This document shows, piece after piece, positions 28,979-39,248 of a DNA stretch of 64,000 bases (positions are counted from its first letter, which is position 1; each line of letters begins with the position of its first letter). The notes below the pieces were generated by a model. That model worked only from the letters and a program-made list of their open reading frames with translations. It made no database searches and was not told where the DNA came from. The DNA comes from Candidatus Poribacteria bacterium (lineage in GTDB: Bacteria; Poribacteria; WGA-4E; UBA9662), in NCBI GenBank assembly GCA_046582655.1, contig JAYGDX010000280.1:98493-162492 (forward strand), given 5' to 3'. The translations under genes were made by a program, and so were the position numbers.

Positions 28979-30493
28979 TTAGTTAGTAATTTCAATATGA
29001 AGTTGATTCAGTGTCCTCAGTACGCCCTCACCAAACTCGATCATAGAGTCAGATTCAAGACCACTACCTGCTAACTGAATGTGAGTGGCATCAGCTAATA
29101 CCTGACCGAGTGTGGGATCCATGGCAATCCATTGGTTAACAAAAACTTCCGGCCAAAAGTGATAGTAAAACGCGTCTCCTTGAAACACTAATCCAGCACA
29201 GACACGAGCTGGAATACCAATTGACCTCGCTAACCCTATCATCAAAACAGTGTGTTCTGTACAGTCACCAGACAAAGAGTCAAGCGTTTGTAGAGCCGAC
29301 CCAAATCCAATTTTCAGGTTTTTGTCGGTTATGCTTTTATAAACCCAATTACAAATTTTCTGGGCGGCGATCCAAGCATTTTTCTGACTTCCAACAATTT
29401 CGTCAGCGGCAGATCGAATGGCAGGATGATCTGCCTGGATGTACACCGTTGATTGCAGATATGGTTCAGTTTCACTCGTTTTTATTGGCAAATCAGGTGC
29501 TTGAATTTTATCAAGATCAATCGTCCAAACTTCAATTTCTCCATCACGCGGATTGGCACCCGTTATTATCCTTTGACGCTGATTTTGAACGATTGCTTTC
29601 TCTAGATCTCCATTATCCAGCCGCAAATATGCCTTCAAATGATGATTGCCAGAAATTGGTCGTTCACCTTGGGCAAATATCTTTGTTGTCAAGATCACGT
29701 CGACCTCACCAGCCTCACCAAGTGCTGTCTCCATATCAGTCTTGATCAATTCCATTTTCAAGCCAAGCAATCCAGTTTCCATTTGATAGGTCGTACCATC
29801 TTGACTTATCCATTCCGTAGTTGTAATTCCACCCATGATATCCATTGTATAATCAACAACATAAACATCTTGTAGTTTACCTTGATAATTAATTTGATCC
29901 TGGCGTACAACCCGAATTTCTGTTTCAATTGGTTCCAGAACGTCCATGCTGAAAACATTAAGTTTATAGTGGTTTCCTACACGAATATCGTGTTGACTAA
30001 CAAAATAGCTAACAGAGAGGTCGAAAATGGTATCCGGAGGGATTTCTTTTTTGACCTTAGTTGTATTGTTCGCCAGGGTTGTTGCCATTTCGAGGATCCC
30101 ATTGTGAATTATACCTTCGACCATTTTCTCCTGCCCTGTTTCATTTGAAGTTGAAACAAAATGGCGTGGCATAAGATCTGTTCCCAAGTATGCTATGCGT
30201 GTCATCGCCAACCGTAAATTTGTGCCGGTACGTTTGATCTCCATCACTATCTCGGATCGAATTCGGATTGCTGGTTCATCATCATATTCTGACTGCTCGG
30301 CATAGACATGAGCATATCCGATTTTTGTTCCCATTAACGTCAGATTTAACCAATCATCTTGTGGTAGTTGCAACATGTTCTCCAGTTTCTCTGCCTTGAA
30401 GTTCAAATCTTGAATTGTGTGTTCAACTGCATAAGACCAACTCGCTATTATAACTAAAGATAATCTTAAAAAGGCAAGCTTAATGTTAAACAC
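28979..30493 (-). CDS. Exported transglutaminase-like domain protein
   Basis: GDCTEH, GIPARV, HFWPEV, WIAMDPT (Cys-His-Asp triad). Confidence 0.85.
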   Translation of the reverse strand: MFNIKLAFLRLSLVIIASWSYAVEHTIQDLNFKAEKLENMLQLPQDDWLNLTLMGTKIGYAHVYAEQSEYDDEPAIRIRSEIVMEIKRTGTNLRLAMTRIAYLGTDLMPRHFVSTSNETGQEKMVEGIIHNGILEMATTLANNTTKVKKEIPPDTIFDLSVSYFVSQHDIRVGNHYKLNVFSMDVLEPIETEIRVVRQDQINYQGKLQDVYVVDYTMDIMGGITTTEWISQDGTTYQMETGLLGLKMELIKTDMETALGEAGEVDVILTTKIFAQGERPISGNHHLKAYLRLDNGDLEKAIVQNQRQRIITGANPRDGEIEVWTIDLDKIQAPDLPIKTSETEPYLQSTVYIQADHPAIRSAADEIVGSQKNAWIAAQKICNWVYKSITDKNLKIGFGSALQTLDSLSGDCTEHTVLMIGLARSIGIPARVCAGLVFQGDAFYYHFWPEVFVNQWIAMDPTLGQVLADATHIQLAGSGLESDSMIEFGEGVLRTLNQLHIEITN

Positions 30494-30968
30494 AATTTCT
30501 AATTCCTTCCTTACAGCAAGTTACACTTTAAAAGCTGAATTCACCAAATTTACTGTTTTGATTAATAATGTTGGAGTAACGCGGATAATTTTGGTGAGCG
30601 TGAGCGGTATCATTAATTTGCCGGTCAATCGGCACGTGGCGCTGAGCTGCTATTGAACTTAAATACTCTCACAGGTATCTGATGGAAAAGGCCCCCATTC
30701 CTGTGTGTCAAAATTTAAGATGAGGATATCCAGATGGATTGATGTAGTTTGTTCGATTGGACTTATGTTGGCCGTGTCATGACAGGTAGAATGAATCCGA
30801 TACAGCGTTACCAAAACAGCAATCTCTTTACCTTTCGACACCTAAAATTTCCATCTTTCCTCCATCACTTCAGCATTATGGAAAGGCCTTCAGAATAGCA
30901 CAATCGTCTATAATTGGCAACAAAAAAACTGTTGATTTTGTCTTGACTGATTTGCTAGGATTACAACT

Positions 30969-31442
30969 ATGGAAAAACTAACGCACTTTAATGAAAAGGG
31001 TCAGTCTAGAATGGTTGATGTCACTCAGAAAGATGAGACAATACGGGTCGCAGTTGCGGTTGGAAAAGTCCTAGCTAAATTGGAAACATTACAATTGATT
31101 GCCGACCGCAAATTTTCCAAGGGTGATGTATTGGAAGTCGCCCGGATTGCCGGCATCATGGCAACTAAACGGACAGCAGACCTAATTCCACTTTGTCACC
31201 CCATCCCGATTACTGGAGTTGAGGTAAGTTTGTCAATCAACCAAGCTAGTCAGAGTATTGAAATTGAGGCTGAGGTTCAGGCCATTGGTAGAACAGGCGT
31301 TGAGATGGAGGCATTAACCGCCGTTTCGACAGCAGCTTTAACTGTGTATGACATGTGCAAGTCAGTAGATCGGGAGATGGAAATTTCAGCAGTTTATTTG
31401 ACTAAAAAAACGGGTGGAAAAAGTGGGACTTTTATTCGTTAA
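30969..31442 (+). CDS. moaC: Cyclic pyranopterin monophosphate synthase
   Basis: LTHF...MVDV, KGDVL, LIPLCHP, TGVEMEAL, YDMCKS, KTGGKSG. Confidence 0.95.
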   Translation: MEKLTHFNEKGQSRMVDVTQKDETIRVAVAVGKVLAKLETLQLIADRKFSKGDVLEVARIAGIMATKRTADLIPLCHPIPITGVEVSLSINQASQSIEIEAEVQAIGRTGVEMEALTAVSTAALTVYDMCKSVDREMEISAVYLTKKTGGKSGTFIR

Positions 31443-31445
31443 TAG

Positions 31446-34400
31446 TTAACGATAAACAGCGATCTTCCCGGAACGCTGGATAATCTGACTGTTCAGCTTT
31501 GCTTCTAAGACATAGATATAAATACCAGGAGCAACTGGTGTTTCGATCTGATTTTGACACTGCCAAGTGAAACTTGATTGGTGTCCGGTAACGTTTCTAA
31601 GTTGATTTCTGTAAACTAAATTTCCTGCAACGTCGTGGACCTTGAATTTTACATCCGCTGATTGTGTGAGTTTGAAGTCGATTGTGATCTGATCCGAGCT
31701 CGGATTAGGATAAGTGACAATTTCGCCTAGAAAATCAAAAATATTCCGACTAAAAAATGAATGTTCCTTTTGTACAGAATTTCCGGCACGATCGATCGCT
31801 GTAATTTTTAGCGTGTGCCTGCCGGGTTTAAGGTTACTAGGGTGATATGTTAACTGTCCTGTTGTACGGTTAAAGATTGGTTTAGCTCTCTGCTCGTCAA
31901 CGAGTAAATCGACAGTTTCCACACCAGCCCCCTCATCTTCAATGTGAGCTTCAATGATAAGACTATCTTTCCCTGAAATGAAGCTAATAGTTGGAGGGGT
32001 TTTGTCCTCTAGCAATGCGAAACTTCCTAATTGGATTGCTTTGGCTGAAATATAGTTATTCGTAATTTCCCCGGCAAGCGGTTGCCATCTCTGAAGACGT
32101 CTATTCCATTGAAAGAGCGAAACAGCAGAAATTGAATCCGGGACTGGTAATGCAATTAGAAAGGAGACTTCATCTTGTTCTTCTTCCAATTCCACCAACG
32201 TGATAGGGTGTACAATTTTCATGTTTCGACTGAGAGCGTCTTGCGATTGCGACAGAATCTTGTTGGTATCAGCTCCATCCTGACTTCTTAGGATAATTCG
32301 TGTTGATGAATTGAGAATCTGCTCAAAGAAAATGACACTTGGCCCATTATAAATTGAAATTTGTTTTATTGTGAGGAGTGAAGGTAGGCCACGGGCACGT
32401 TGTGGGAATGGTAATATTCGAGCATCTGAAGTTGAATCCTGATCAGAGAAAAAACCGGAAATTTCAAGAGAATCATTATGTTTCGGGATGATACTTGCCG
32501 AGAACTGAAAATTGCTCTGTGATGGTTGGATTTCAAAACCACCCTGATAACGAAAAGTTGATGAATCTTTAGAAAATTGATCGAGGTTAATTGAGTAAAC
32601 TGAACTCACATTTCCAAAGTATAAGGATGGATAAATCTTGACAGAGGCAATCGTTTCCAAAGGTTTGTTGGCAATTAAAGCAACGTTAAGCAGATTCTTA
32701 TCCCGCGTAGCTGAGATCCTGGCAAAAAATGGCTGTGTATCAACAACAAAATGTGATTCGATGGGGACCGCAGGATTTCCTTCCAGATCACTGACCTCGA
32801 TTTGGAAAGTATGTTTCCCATCAACCAGTTCAATCTGTGGAAGGTAACTGAATTGTCCATCATCTGGATTAAAAGAAAAAATCTGGTTGTCAAAGATAGC
32901 AGGGTTATCTATGGCTGGGCTGAAAATAAATGTATTTTCATCCAAACGGAATTGAATTGTATTTGGATTGATTTTAACGTCGTCAATCAAGAGAGCTGTG
33001 ATCTGTATGTTTTTAGATCTAGAGAAAACTGTACCGTTCGGAGGGAAATGATCCGTAATAGCTGGTGGATTAATGTCATTCTCAATATTGTCTTTAGCTT
33101 CGAAGATGACCCGGCGTGATGCAGTAACTTCGCGGTTGAACTGATCAACAACACGAACAGCGATCAGGTTTGTCCCCTTGGTGAGATGTTGTATTCGCTT
33201 GAAGCTTCCATCAGGTTGAATTGGTATTGATGTGTCTCCTATGGTTAGTTTGGATGATAGATCATCCACATGACCTGAAATGGTGGTATAGGGTAATTCA
33301 CTCACAGTAAAATCAACAGGAGAATCAAGCACAAACTGCGGTGCGCTTATATCGCGTACAACTGTTCGGGAAACAACCGTCTCCAGTCCGACCAGGCTGG
33401 CGTGGATAGTGATTTGGTTGTTGCCTGATCCCAAAAAAATAGGGCTTTCAAACCATCCATCTTCCTTTGTACTAACTCGGTGGCTATTTATACTTACTAC
33501 AGTCTGTGGTTCTGTTCGACCTTTAACTATGATGATCCTATTTGTTGTCCTCATACCATTATCAGGAGCGACGATATCCAAAGACGGAGGTTCGTCACGC
33601 AGAACCACCGTGATTTGATCGGTATTGATGTTTCCTTCATTAGAAATGACGACGAGTCTTAGTAGGTAGTTACCATGTAGTTTTCGTGCATCCCACTGAT
33701 CCAAGAAACCGAATTTTTGTACAGGTACTGTCGACTTTCCCCCAATTTTTAACCACTGGTTGGGGTTAGAAATTGACGCGCACTCGAGGTAATATATTTT
33801 AAATAAGTCCCCGCGGGCTAATCCAAAGATGTTTATTCTTCCCTGCAAAATTTCGCCTGTAAAAGGGCGATCAATTTTCGCCTCTATAGGTGGTAATGGG
33901 AAATTTAACTTCATAGTGTAAATCCTATCATGAGACTGGAAAACAACCGATTGTCCGTCTGGTGACCAGTCGATACTATTAATCATTAGGTCTAACGGTG
34001 TAAGGGGGACTGGTTCTCCATCATGTATGCTAAGTGTAAAAGCAGCCACCTGATCTCCCTGACGGTCTGATAAGAACAGTATTCGCTTACCATCTTTAGA
34101 CCATTTCGGATATGTTTCATTAGCGAAACTATGGTGAATTGGTCGTGTTTCCAAACTGTTCATATCAGACTGCCAAATTCCCCAGCTTCCCGTTCGATTG
34201 GATTGAAAAGCTAGTTTCATCTCATCATGGTTCCAAGTTGGGAATAGGTCATCGGCTTTGTTCTTTGTGATGCGAAAAACATCTGGTGTATCGCCATCTA
34301 GCAGTTGACTTACATTCTTAACAACGAAAACTTCATAATCTCCGTCTTGATTATTGGAAAAAGCGAGTTGATGACCAGTTGGTGACCAGACGGGAGTCTC

Positions 34401-36491
34401 TCCGTGTTTAATCAGTTGGCGATGGTCACTACCATCCAATTTGATGGTCCAAATCTCCCACTGCTTACCATGGCGTGACTGGAAAACTATACGATCCGAA
34501 TTAGGATGCCACGTGGGATTTGCATCGATGGCTAAATCCTTCGTTAATCGATATTTGGATTCGCTGTGTAAATCCGTCACCCATATGTCTACAGACCCAG
34601 CCTCATTACTTGAAAAGGCAATCTTATGACCGTCAGGTGACCAAGCAGGAGTATAGCAGGCAGTCTCAAAGGTTTGGTTCATTAACGGCACTACGACACC
34701 ACCTTCTATTGGTAATGGTGGCGTAGTGTCAATAATGACTGATACTTCTGTTCTCGATTGGTTTCCTATAGTATCGACTGCGGTTAGAGCAAGAGTGTAA
34801 ACGCCGCTTAGACCACTAGTATCCCAAATCATCAACTCTTCAGCTTCGAACGGCATTCGGATGGGATTACCGAGTAACGTCCAATCGTTTGGAGCTATCG
34901 TGCTCCCGAATTCAAACCGACACATAGCCAAATTGGTGTCTCGGCAAGTGGCAATAATGGGTATAGGTTGAATCACAGTTGCATTCGAAAATGGGTAGTG
35001 AATTACCACCATAGGGAAATTTCGATCAATAAAAACGGATGAAGTAATCTTTGAGAAATCCGATTGATTTCCTACTGGATCAGCAGCTCGTATTTTTATG
35101 TGATAGGTTTTCTGATCTTTGCCTTCAAACTCAAAGATTGTGTCGAAAGTTGTCCCGACTTCGCTGTACTTACCTCCATTTTCTGAAGCAAAGACATGAT
35201 AGACTATTTTGGTTGGTATGTCCCAGGTATCCCTGTCAAAGGTTATTGGTTTCCAGATGAATGTTAGCTTTGCATCGTTATCAAAACCTTTTGGTGCATC
35301 CAGATCAAAGTGGTCAGGTTTATCTGGAATGCTTGGTGGAATTGTATCGTAGCGACTGTAAACAACCGACGACTGATCGCTATTTTCACGGTTGACCCAA
35401 GTCAGATGTATCTGGCCGTGGCTTAACCAAGAAGACGGTTGAATCGCACCTCTATTACTCTGGGTAAAACGTGTTTCCTCTCTCTTTCCATCCGACAGTA
35501 ATGAGAAATGGATTTCCCATTTCCCTGAAGATCCATCCTGCCAAAAGATCCCCATTTCATCTGAGTAAAAATTTGGCTGTGGTAAAATTGACTCGGCAGT
35601 GTTTTGGGAAACTTGTTGGCTTACCAACCAAGTTTCGCCCAAATCAAAACTACTGATGGTAAAAATATTGGCTGGGTCAATATCGTTTGAGCGGTTCTCC
35701 CAGGCCACAATGATTTTCCGATCTAATACATTAACACTTGGTCGTCGCGCCTTCCCTGGTGAAGTCAGCCGGAAATCATCACCACCAATCGTTTCGTCAA
35801 ATCGTCTAACATAAATTTGGGAGGTTGCTTCACGATGGTCACGCCAGACAACGAAAATAGATCTAAAACTACTACCCAAATTTGGTTCGGCTGTTTCCCA
35901 TGTTTCGCTTGTGATTGGTTCAGGAGCACGCCAAATTCTTCCTTGATCTTGGCTGTAAGTAATCTCAGCAATGGTTCGACCTTTTGTGTTAAGTCTCTCC
36001 CATACCACATAAACCAGATTCTCAGGGAAAGTTTGAGTTGCTGCAATTCGTGGATGGTAAGCGATGTTCGCTGACAAAGGTTTCGCCTTTGTCCAGCGAA
36101 GCCCATCATAAGTTGCCAGGTAAATTCGATTGTCCTCTTGCCAAACAAGATAGACAAAACGACGATCACAGATAATAGAAGGTTGTGTTGAATCAAAAAT
36201 TGTATTGGTAATTCGTTGTTCACGATGCCAACTGTTGCCTCCATCATTACTCTGACGAAAAAAGATTTCCGATCTACCAATTCGCTCATCGCGCCAAGCC
36301 ACAAAAACCTGTCGGCCTCTAGCACAGATTGATGGTTCGTTAGATACCGAAGGGCCAAGCGAAACATGGGAAACAGCCGTCCATTTTGGTGGAAGAGCAA
36401 AAACCGAATGAAGAAAAGAGAAAAAGAGAACAGGGAAAAGGATTATGAGAAGAGAAAGTCTTAAGGTATCTCGCATCATGCGAAAAATCAC
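31446..36491 (-). CDS. Large secreted multidomain protein: BNR/Asp-box repeats, FN3/Ig-like domains, TolB/PD40 propeller, C-terminal T9SS-type-A/FlgD-like domain
   Basis: SxDGGxxW boxes; repeated PxWSPDG..IAF; C-terminal YPNP...FKVHDVAGNLV...W...APGIYIY...GKIAV. Confidence 0.75.
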   Translation of the reverse strand: MIFRMMRDTLRLSLLIILFPVLFFSFLHSVFALPPKWTAVSHVSLGPSVSNEPSICARGRQVFVAWRDERIGRSEIFFRQSNDGGNSWHREQRITNTIFDSTQPSIICDRRFVYLVWQEDNRIYLATYDGLRWTKAKPLSANIAYHPRIAATQTFPENLVYVVWERLNTKGRTIAEITYSQDQGRIWRAPEPITSETWETAEPNLGSSFRSIFVVWRDHREATSQIYVRRFDETIGGDDFRLTSPGKARRPSVNVLDRKIIVAWENRSNDIDPANIFTISSFDLGETWLVSQQVSQNTAESILPQPNFYSDEMGIFWQDGSSGKWEIHFSLLSDGKREETRFTQSNRGAIQPSSWLSHGQIHLTWVNRENSDQSSVVYSRYDTIPPSIPDKPDHFDLDAPKGFDNDAKLTFIWKPITFDRDTWDIPTKIVYHVFASENGGKYSEVGTTFDTIFEFEGKDQKTYHIKIRAADPVGNQSDFSKITSSVFIDRNFPMVVIHYPFSNATVIQPIPIIATCRDTNLAMCRFEFGSTIAPNDWTLLGNPIRMPFEAEELMIWDTSGLSGVYTLALTAVDTIGNQSRTEVSVIIDTTPPLPIEGGVVVPLMNQTFETACYTPAWSPDGHKIAFSSNEAGSVDIWVTDLHSESKYRLTKDLAIDANPTWHPNSDRIVFQSRHGKQWEIWTIKLDGSDHRQLIKHGETPVWSPTGHQLAFSNNQDGDYEVFVVKNVSQLLDGDTPDVFRITKNKADDLFPTWNHDEMKLAFQSNRTGSWGIWQSDMNSLETRPIHHSFANETYPKWSKDGKRILFLSDRQGDQVAAFTLSIHDGEPVPLTPLDLMINSIDWSPDGQSVVFQSHDRIYTMKLNFPLPPIEAKIDRPFTGEILQGRINIFGLARGDLFKIYYLECASISNPNQWLKIGGKSTVPVQKFGFLDQWDARKLHGNYLLRLVVISNEGNINTDQITVVLRDEPPSLDIVAPDNGMRTTNRIIIVKGRTEPQTVVSINSHRVSTKEDGWFESPIFLGSGNNQITIHASLVGLETVVSRTVVRDISAPQFVLDSPVDFTVSELPYTTISGHVDDLSSKLTIGDTSIPIQPDGSFKRIQHLTKGTNLIAVRVVDQFNREVTASRRVIFEAKDNIENDINPPAITDHFPPNGTVFSRSKNIQITALLIDDVKINPNTIQFRLDENTFIFSPAIDNPAIFDNQIFSFNPDDGQFSYLPQIELVDGKHTFQIEVSDLEGNPAVPIESHFVVDTQPFFARISATRDKNLLNVALIANKPLETIASVKIYPSLYFGNVSSVYSINLDQFSKDSSTFRYQGGFEIQPSQSNFQFSASIIPKHNDSLEISGFFSDQDSTSDARILPFPQRARGLPSLLTIKQISIYNGPSVIFFEQILNSSTRIILRSQDGADTNKILSQSQDALSRNMKIVHPITLVELEEEQDEVSFLIALPVPDSISAVSLFQWNRRLQRWQPLAGEITNNYISAKAIQLGSFALLEDKTPPTISFISGKDSLIIEAHIEDEGAGVETVDLLVDEQRAKPIFNRTTGQLTYHPSNLKPGRHTLKITAIDRAGNSVQKEHSFFSRNIFDFLGEIVTYPNPSSDQITIDFKLTQSADVKFKVHDVAGNLVYRNQLRNVTGHQSSFTWQCQNQIETPVAPGIYIYVLEAKLNSQIIQRSGKIAVYR

Positions 36492-36566
36492 CGTACCATA
36501 CAGAGGCGGGGTCCTATTTGCACTATATGCTCTGTTCAGAATAACGTTATAGTGGCTATAAGAGAT

Positions 36567-38721
36567 TCAAGCTTCAGGTTCCATATCGCCGGCACTTGAA
36601 ACGAAGACTACTGTTTGAATTCCTTCTGACATACTGTTCATTGAACTAACAAAATCTTGTTCCATACCCTCTTTCGGAGGATTGAAACCAAGAAATATAA
36701 TTGCCGCATCAGATGACAGACGTTGAATTGCGTTTTAATATTGTTACCAATAACAATAATCGGTGAGGCCTCAATCCGTCCTCTGTCGATTAGGTTTCTC
36801 AATGTGCTAGTGATGAATCATGACCAACTTCCGAATGGATCATACGAATTAATCGTATATGACGACCACGCCAAGCATGATTGTGCACTAGCAAAAGCAT
36901 CAGTTCTCCATTCCTATGACCACTCCACCACACATCAACTGTTCCATTTGGTGAATCCTAAGGATTTACCGGTTTGAAATCACATGGGATGGCCAAGACA
37001 CTTCGGTTGAAAGATGATAGGTTGCGGAGTAGTAAACAAAAAGTTTCGAGATGCTTAGGGTCTAACTCCAACCTATAGTATTTGGACGGATACTACCTAG
37101 GCCGTGACACTGCACAAGGGCTTTTATCCCCATCGAAACACTTTCTGCTGCTATTGCAGTAGGAAATGCATGGAGATGTAAATCGCTGATATAGGAACTT
37201 AGCACTTTTTCTTGGGCAACTTGGTGAGGAAGAAGTTCTTCGACATCTCCTACGGTAATTTGTGCCAGTGTTAGAATCCCGCGACCGGATGCAAGCCAGT
37301 GGCCAGATCTTGCTAAACGACCACGTTGGCGCCCACTTAATGCCAAGATGTGCGGGCGCCAATTCTTAGAATAGTAGCGGTCTTCCTGTAGCTTTAGTAA
37401 ATTCCTTCGGGCACGTTCAAATGCCCATTCGGTCCGGGCGTCTCCCCAACGAGCGGTAATCTGGCATTGCTTAATATACCAGTAAATAGATGCCATTATG
37501 ACAATAGCTACAACCGCCCACGTAGATGATATCAAAAACATCACACTGAAACAACCGATTGAACCAAGTAATGCGGTCGTCCAATGGCTAAAGCGGAAAC
37601 GAGGACGATAGCTTGGATTACGTGCAATCGATTCGTATAGGGTTGCTAAGTTGAGTGTACCATAGGTGATCATAAAAAACATGGTGATAATTGGAGCAAT
37701 GGTATTTAAATTTCCAAGTAAAATACAGCTTTAGCTAATAATGAAAGTTAGGATAATCCCACGTCTAGGTTCATCATTGGGACCATTTCCTGGACGAAAT
37801 ACTTTTAGGGAATGAAAATATTATCACGTGCCAAAGCCTGTAGGATACGTGGTGCTCCTATCATACTTGTAAGCGCAGATGAAAGCGTTGTCGCAAAGAT
37901 ACCCGCATTGACGAGCATACTTGAAAATGCAACGTCATTAATAATTAGATGGTTCGAAACCAGCTCAGCTGAATTTGGGGATCGACCGACTGGGATCCTT
38001 TAGGTTTCCAGACATATTTGTCCCTGCCATAATTCCTGTTACTGCTGGGAAAAAAAGTGCAAACATAGTGAATATGCTGTCCTTGTTTATAGTGTTATAG
38101 TGTAAACTTATATTTTGTTGAAATGTTGAGAGGCTAAACTTACTGAAGTGCTCTACCATAGAATGAAACAAGTGACAAGCATAAGATTGCAAGAATAAAA
38201 AAACTGTAAATTAACCGTCCAACTGGCCCCAATCATAACGCTAATGAAGACGACAGTATTAACGATTGTAGAAATAATTTGTGCCCCAGAAAACGTTATA
38301 CCAAACAATACAATCTCACTCGGCACCGCTGTAGGGAATGCGTCAGTGAAGGCCTCTGCAAAACCAATTGCATACATGGCAACGGCAACAGTTTGGCCTA
38401 AAAAGAATACTATTCCAATGGCTCCGCCAAATTCTAAGCCTAGACTGCGGCTAATTAAAAAATAAGCTCTTCCACCTTTGACTCGTGTATTGGTGGCAAT
38501 TGCAGAAAGTGAAGGGGCTGTGAAAAATGTAATTAATTTTGAAAGACCAACTATTATCAATGCGCCAATAACGCCAGCCAGCCCGACGACATGTCCAAAA
38601 CGTAGGAACATAATCACCCCGAGTATGGTGGTCAATGTACAGGGAGTAAACACTCCTCCAAGTGTTCCAAATTTTGTTTTCTGTTGGTTTATACGAGTAG
38701 GACTTTAATTTTCTCCATCAT
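36567..38721 (-). pseudogene. Amino-acid permease / cation-chloride cotransporter (SLC12-like) pseudogene
   Basis: Fragments [63 protein letters not shown], ...VSSAGDMEPEA* spread over several frames with stops. Confidence 0.85.
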
Positions 38722-38831
38722 ATTTCGCTTAAATTGTCGAAAAACTAAGATGAGACGGCAATCAATTTACCATTTTGATAATTGCCATATACTATATAAT
38801 GTCCGCCTAGGCGTCAAGTGGTAACAAGTAA

Positions 38832-39248
38832 ATGATGCCAGAATATCTAGCGAGTTTTTGGAGGAAAATCATGTTCCGCCTCTTTTTCTGTTTAGGTGCG
38901 GGTTTTGCTGGCTTGGCAGTTTTAACCGGTGCATTTGGTGCACATTTTTTGAGTAAACGAATCTCGTCTGAGATGCTTAATGTTTTTGAAATTGGATCTC
39001 GTTACCAGATGTACCACGCTTTGGGTTTATTTGTTGTGGCATGGAGTATGTGTCAATGGAAGGCCCAACTTCTTAAAGTAGCTGGCTGGTCGTTTGTTCT
39101 TGGTATTCTACTTTTTTCGAGCAGCCTTTATGTGCTAAGTTTTACCGGTATTCGCTGGCTTGGATCAATTACGCCGTTTGGTGGAGTGTGCTTTATTGTT
39201 GGATGGATCTGTCTGTTAATTTCAGCAATTCACAACAATTTAATTTAG
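38832..39248 (+). CDS. DUF423 (YgdD/TMEM256) membrane protein (probable start ATG 38871)
   Basis: GAFGAH, YQMYHAL, LFSSSLY, ITPFGG. Confidence 0.9.
   Translation: MMPEYLASFWRKIMFRLFFCLGAGFAGLAVLTGAFGAHFLSKRISSEMLNVFEIGSRYQMYHALGLFVVAWSMCQWKAQLLKVAGWSFVLGILLFSSSLYVLSFTGIRWLGSITPFGGVCFIVGWICLLISAIHNNLI

Noticed and set aside
30500..30960. Possible gene relic or ncRNA between the transglutaminase gene and moaC
   Set aside because: No frame gave a recognisable motif and I saw no convincing structure, including no Moco riboswitch that I could support.
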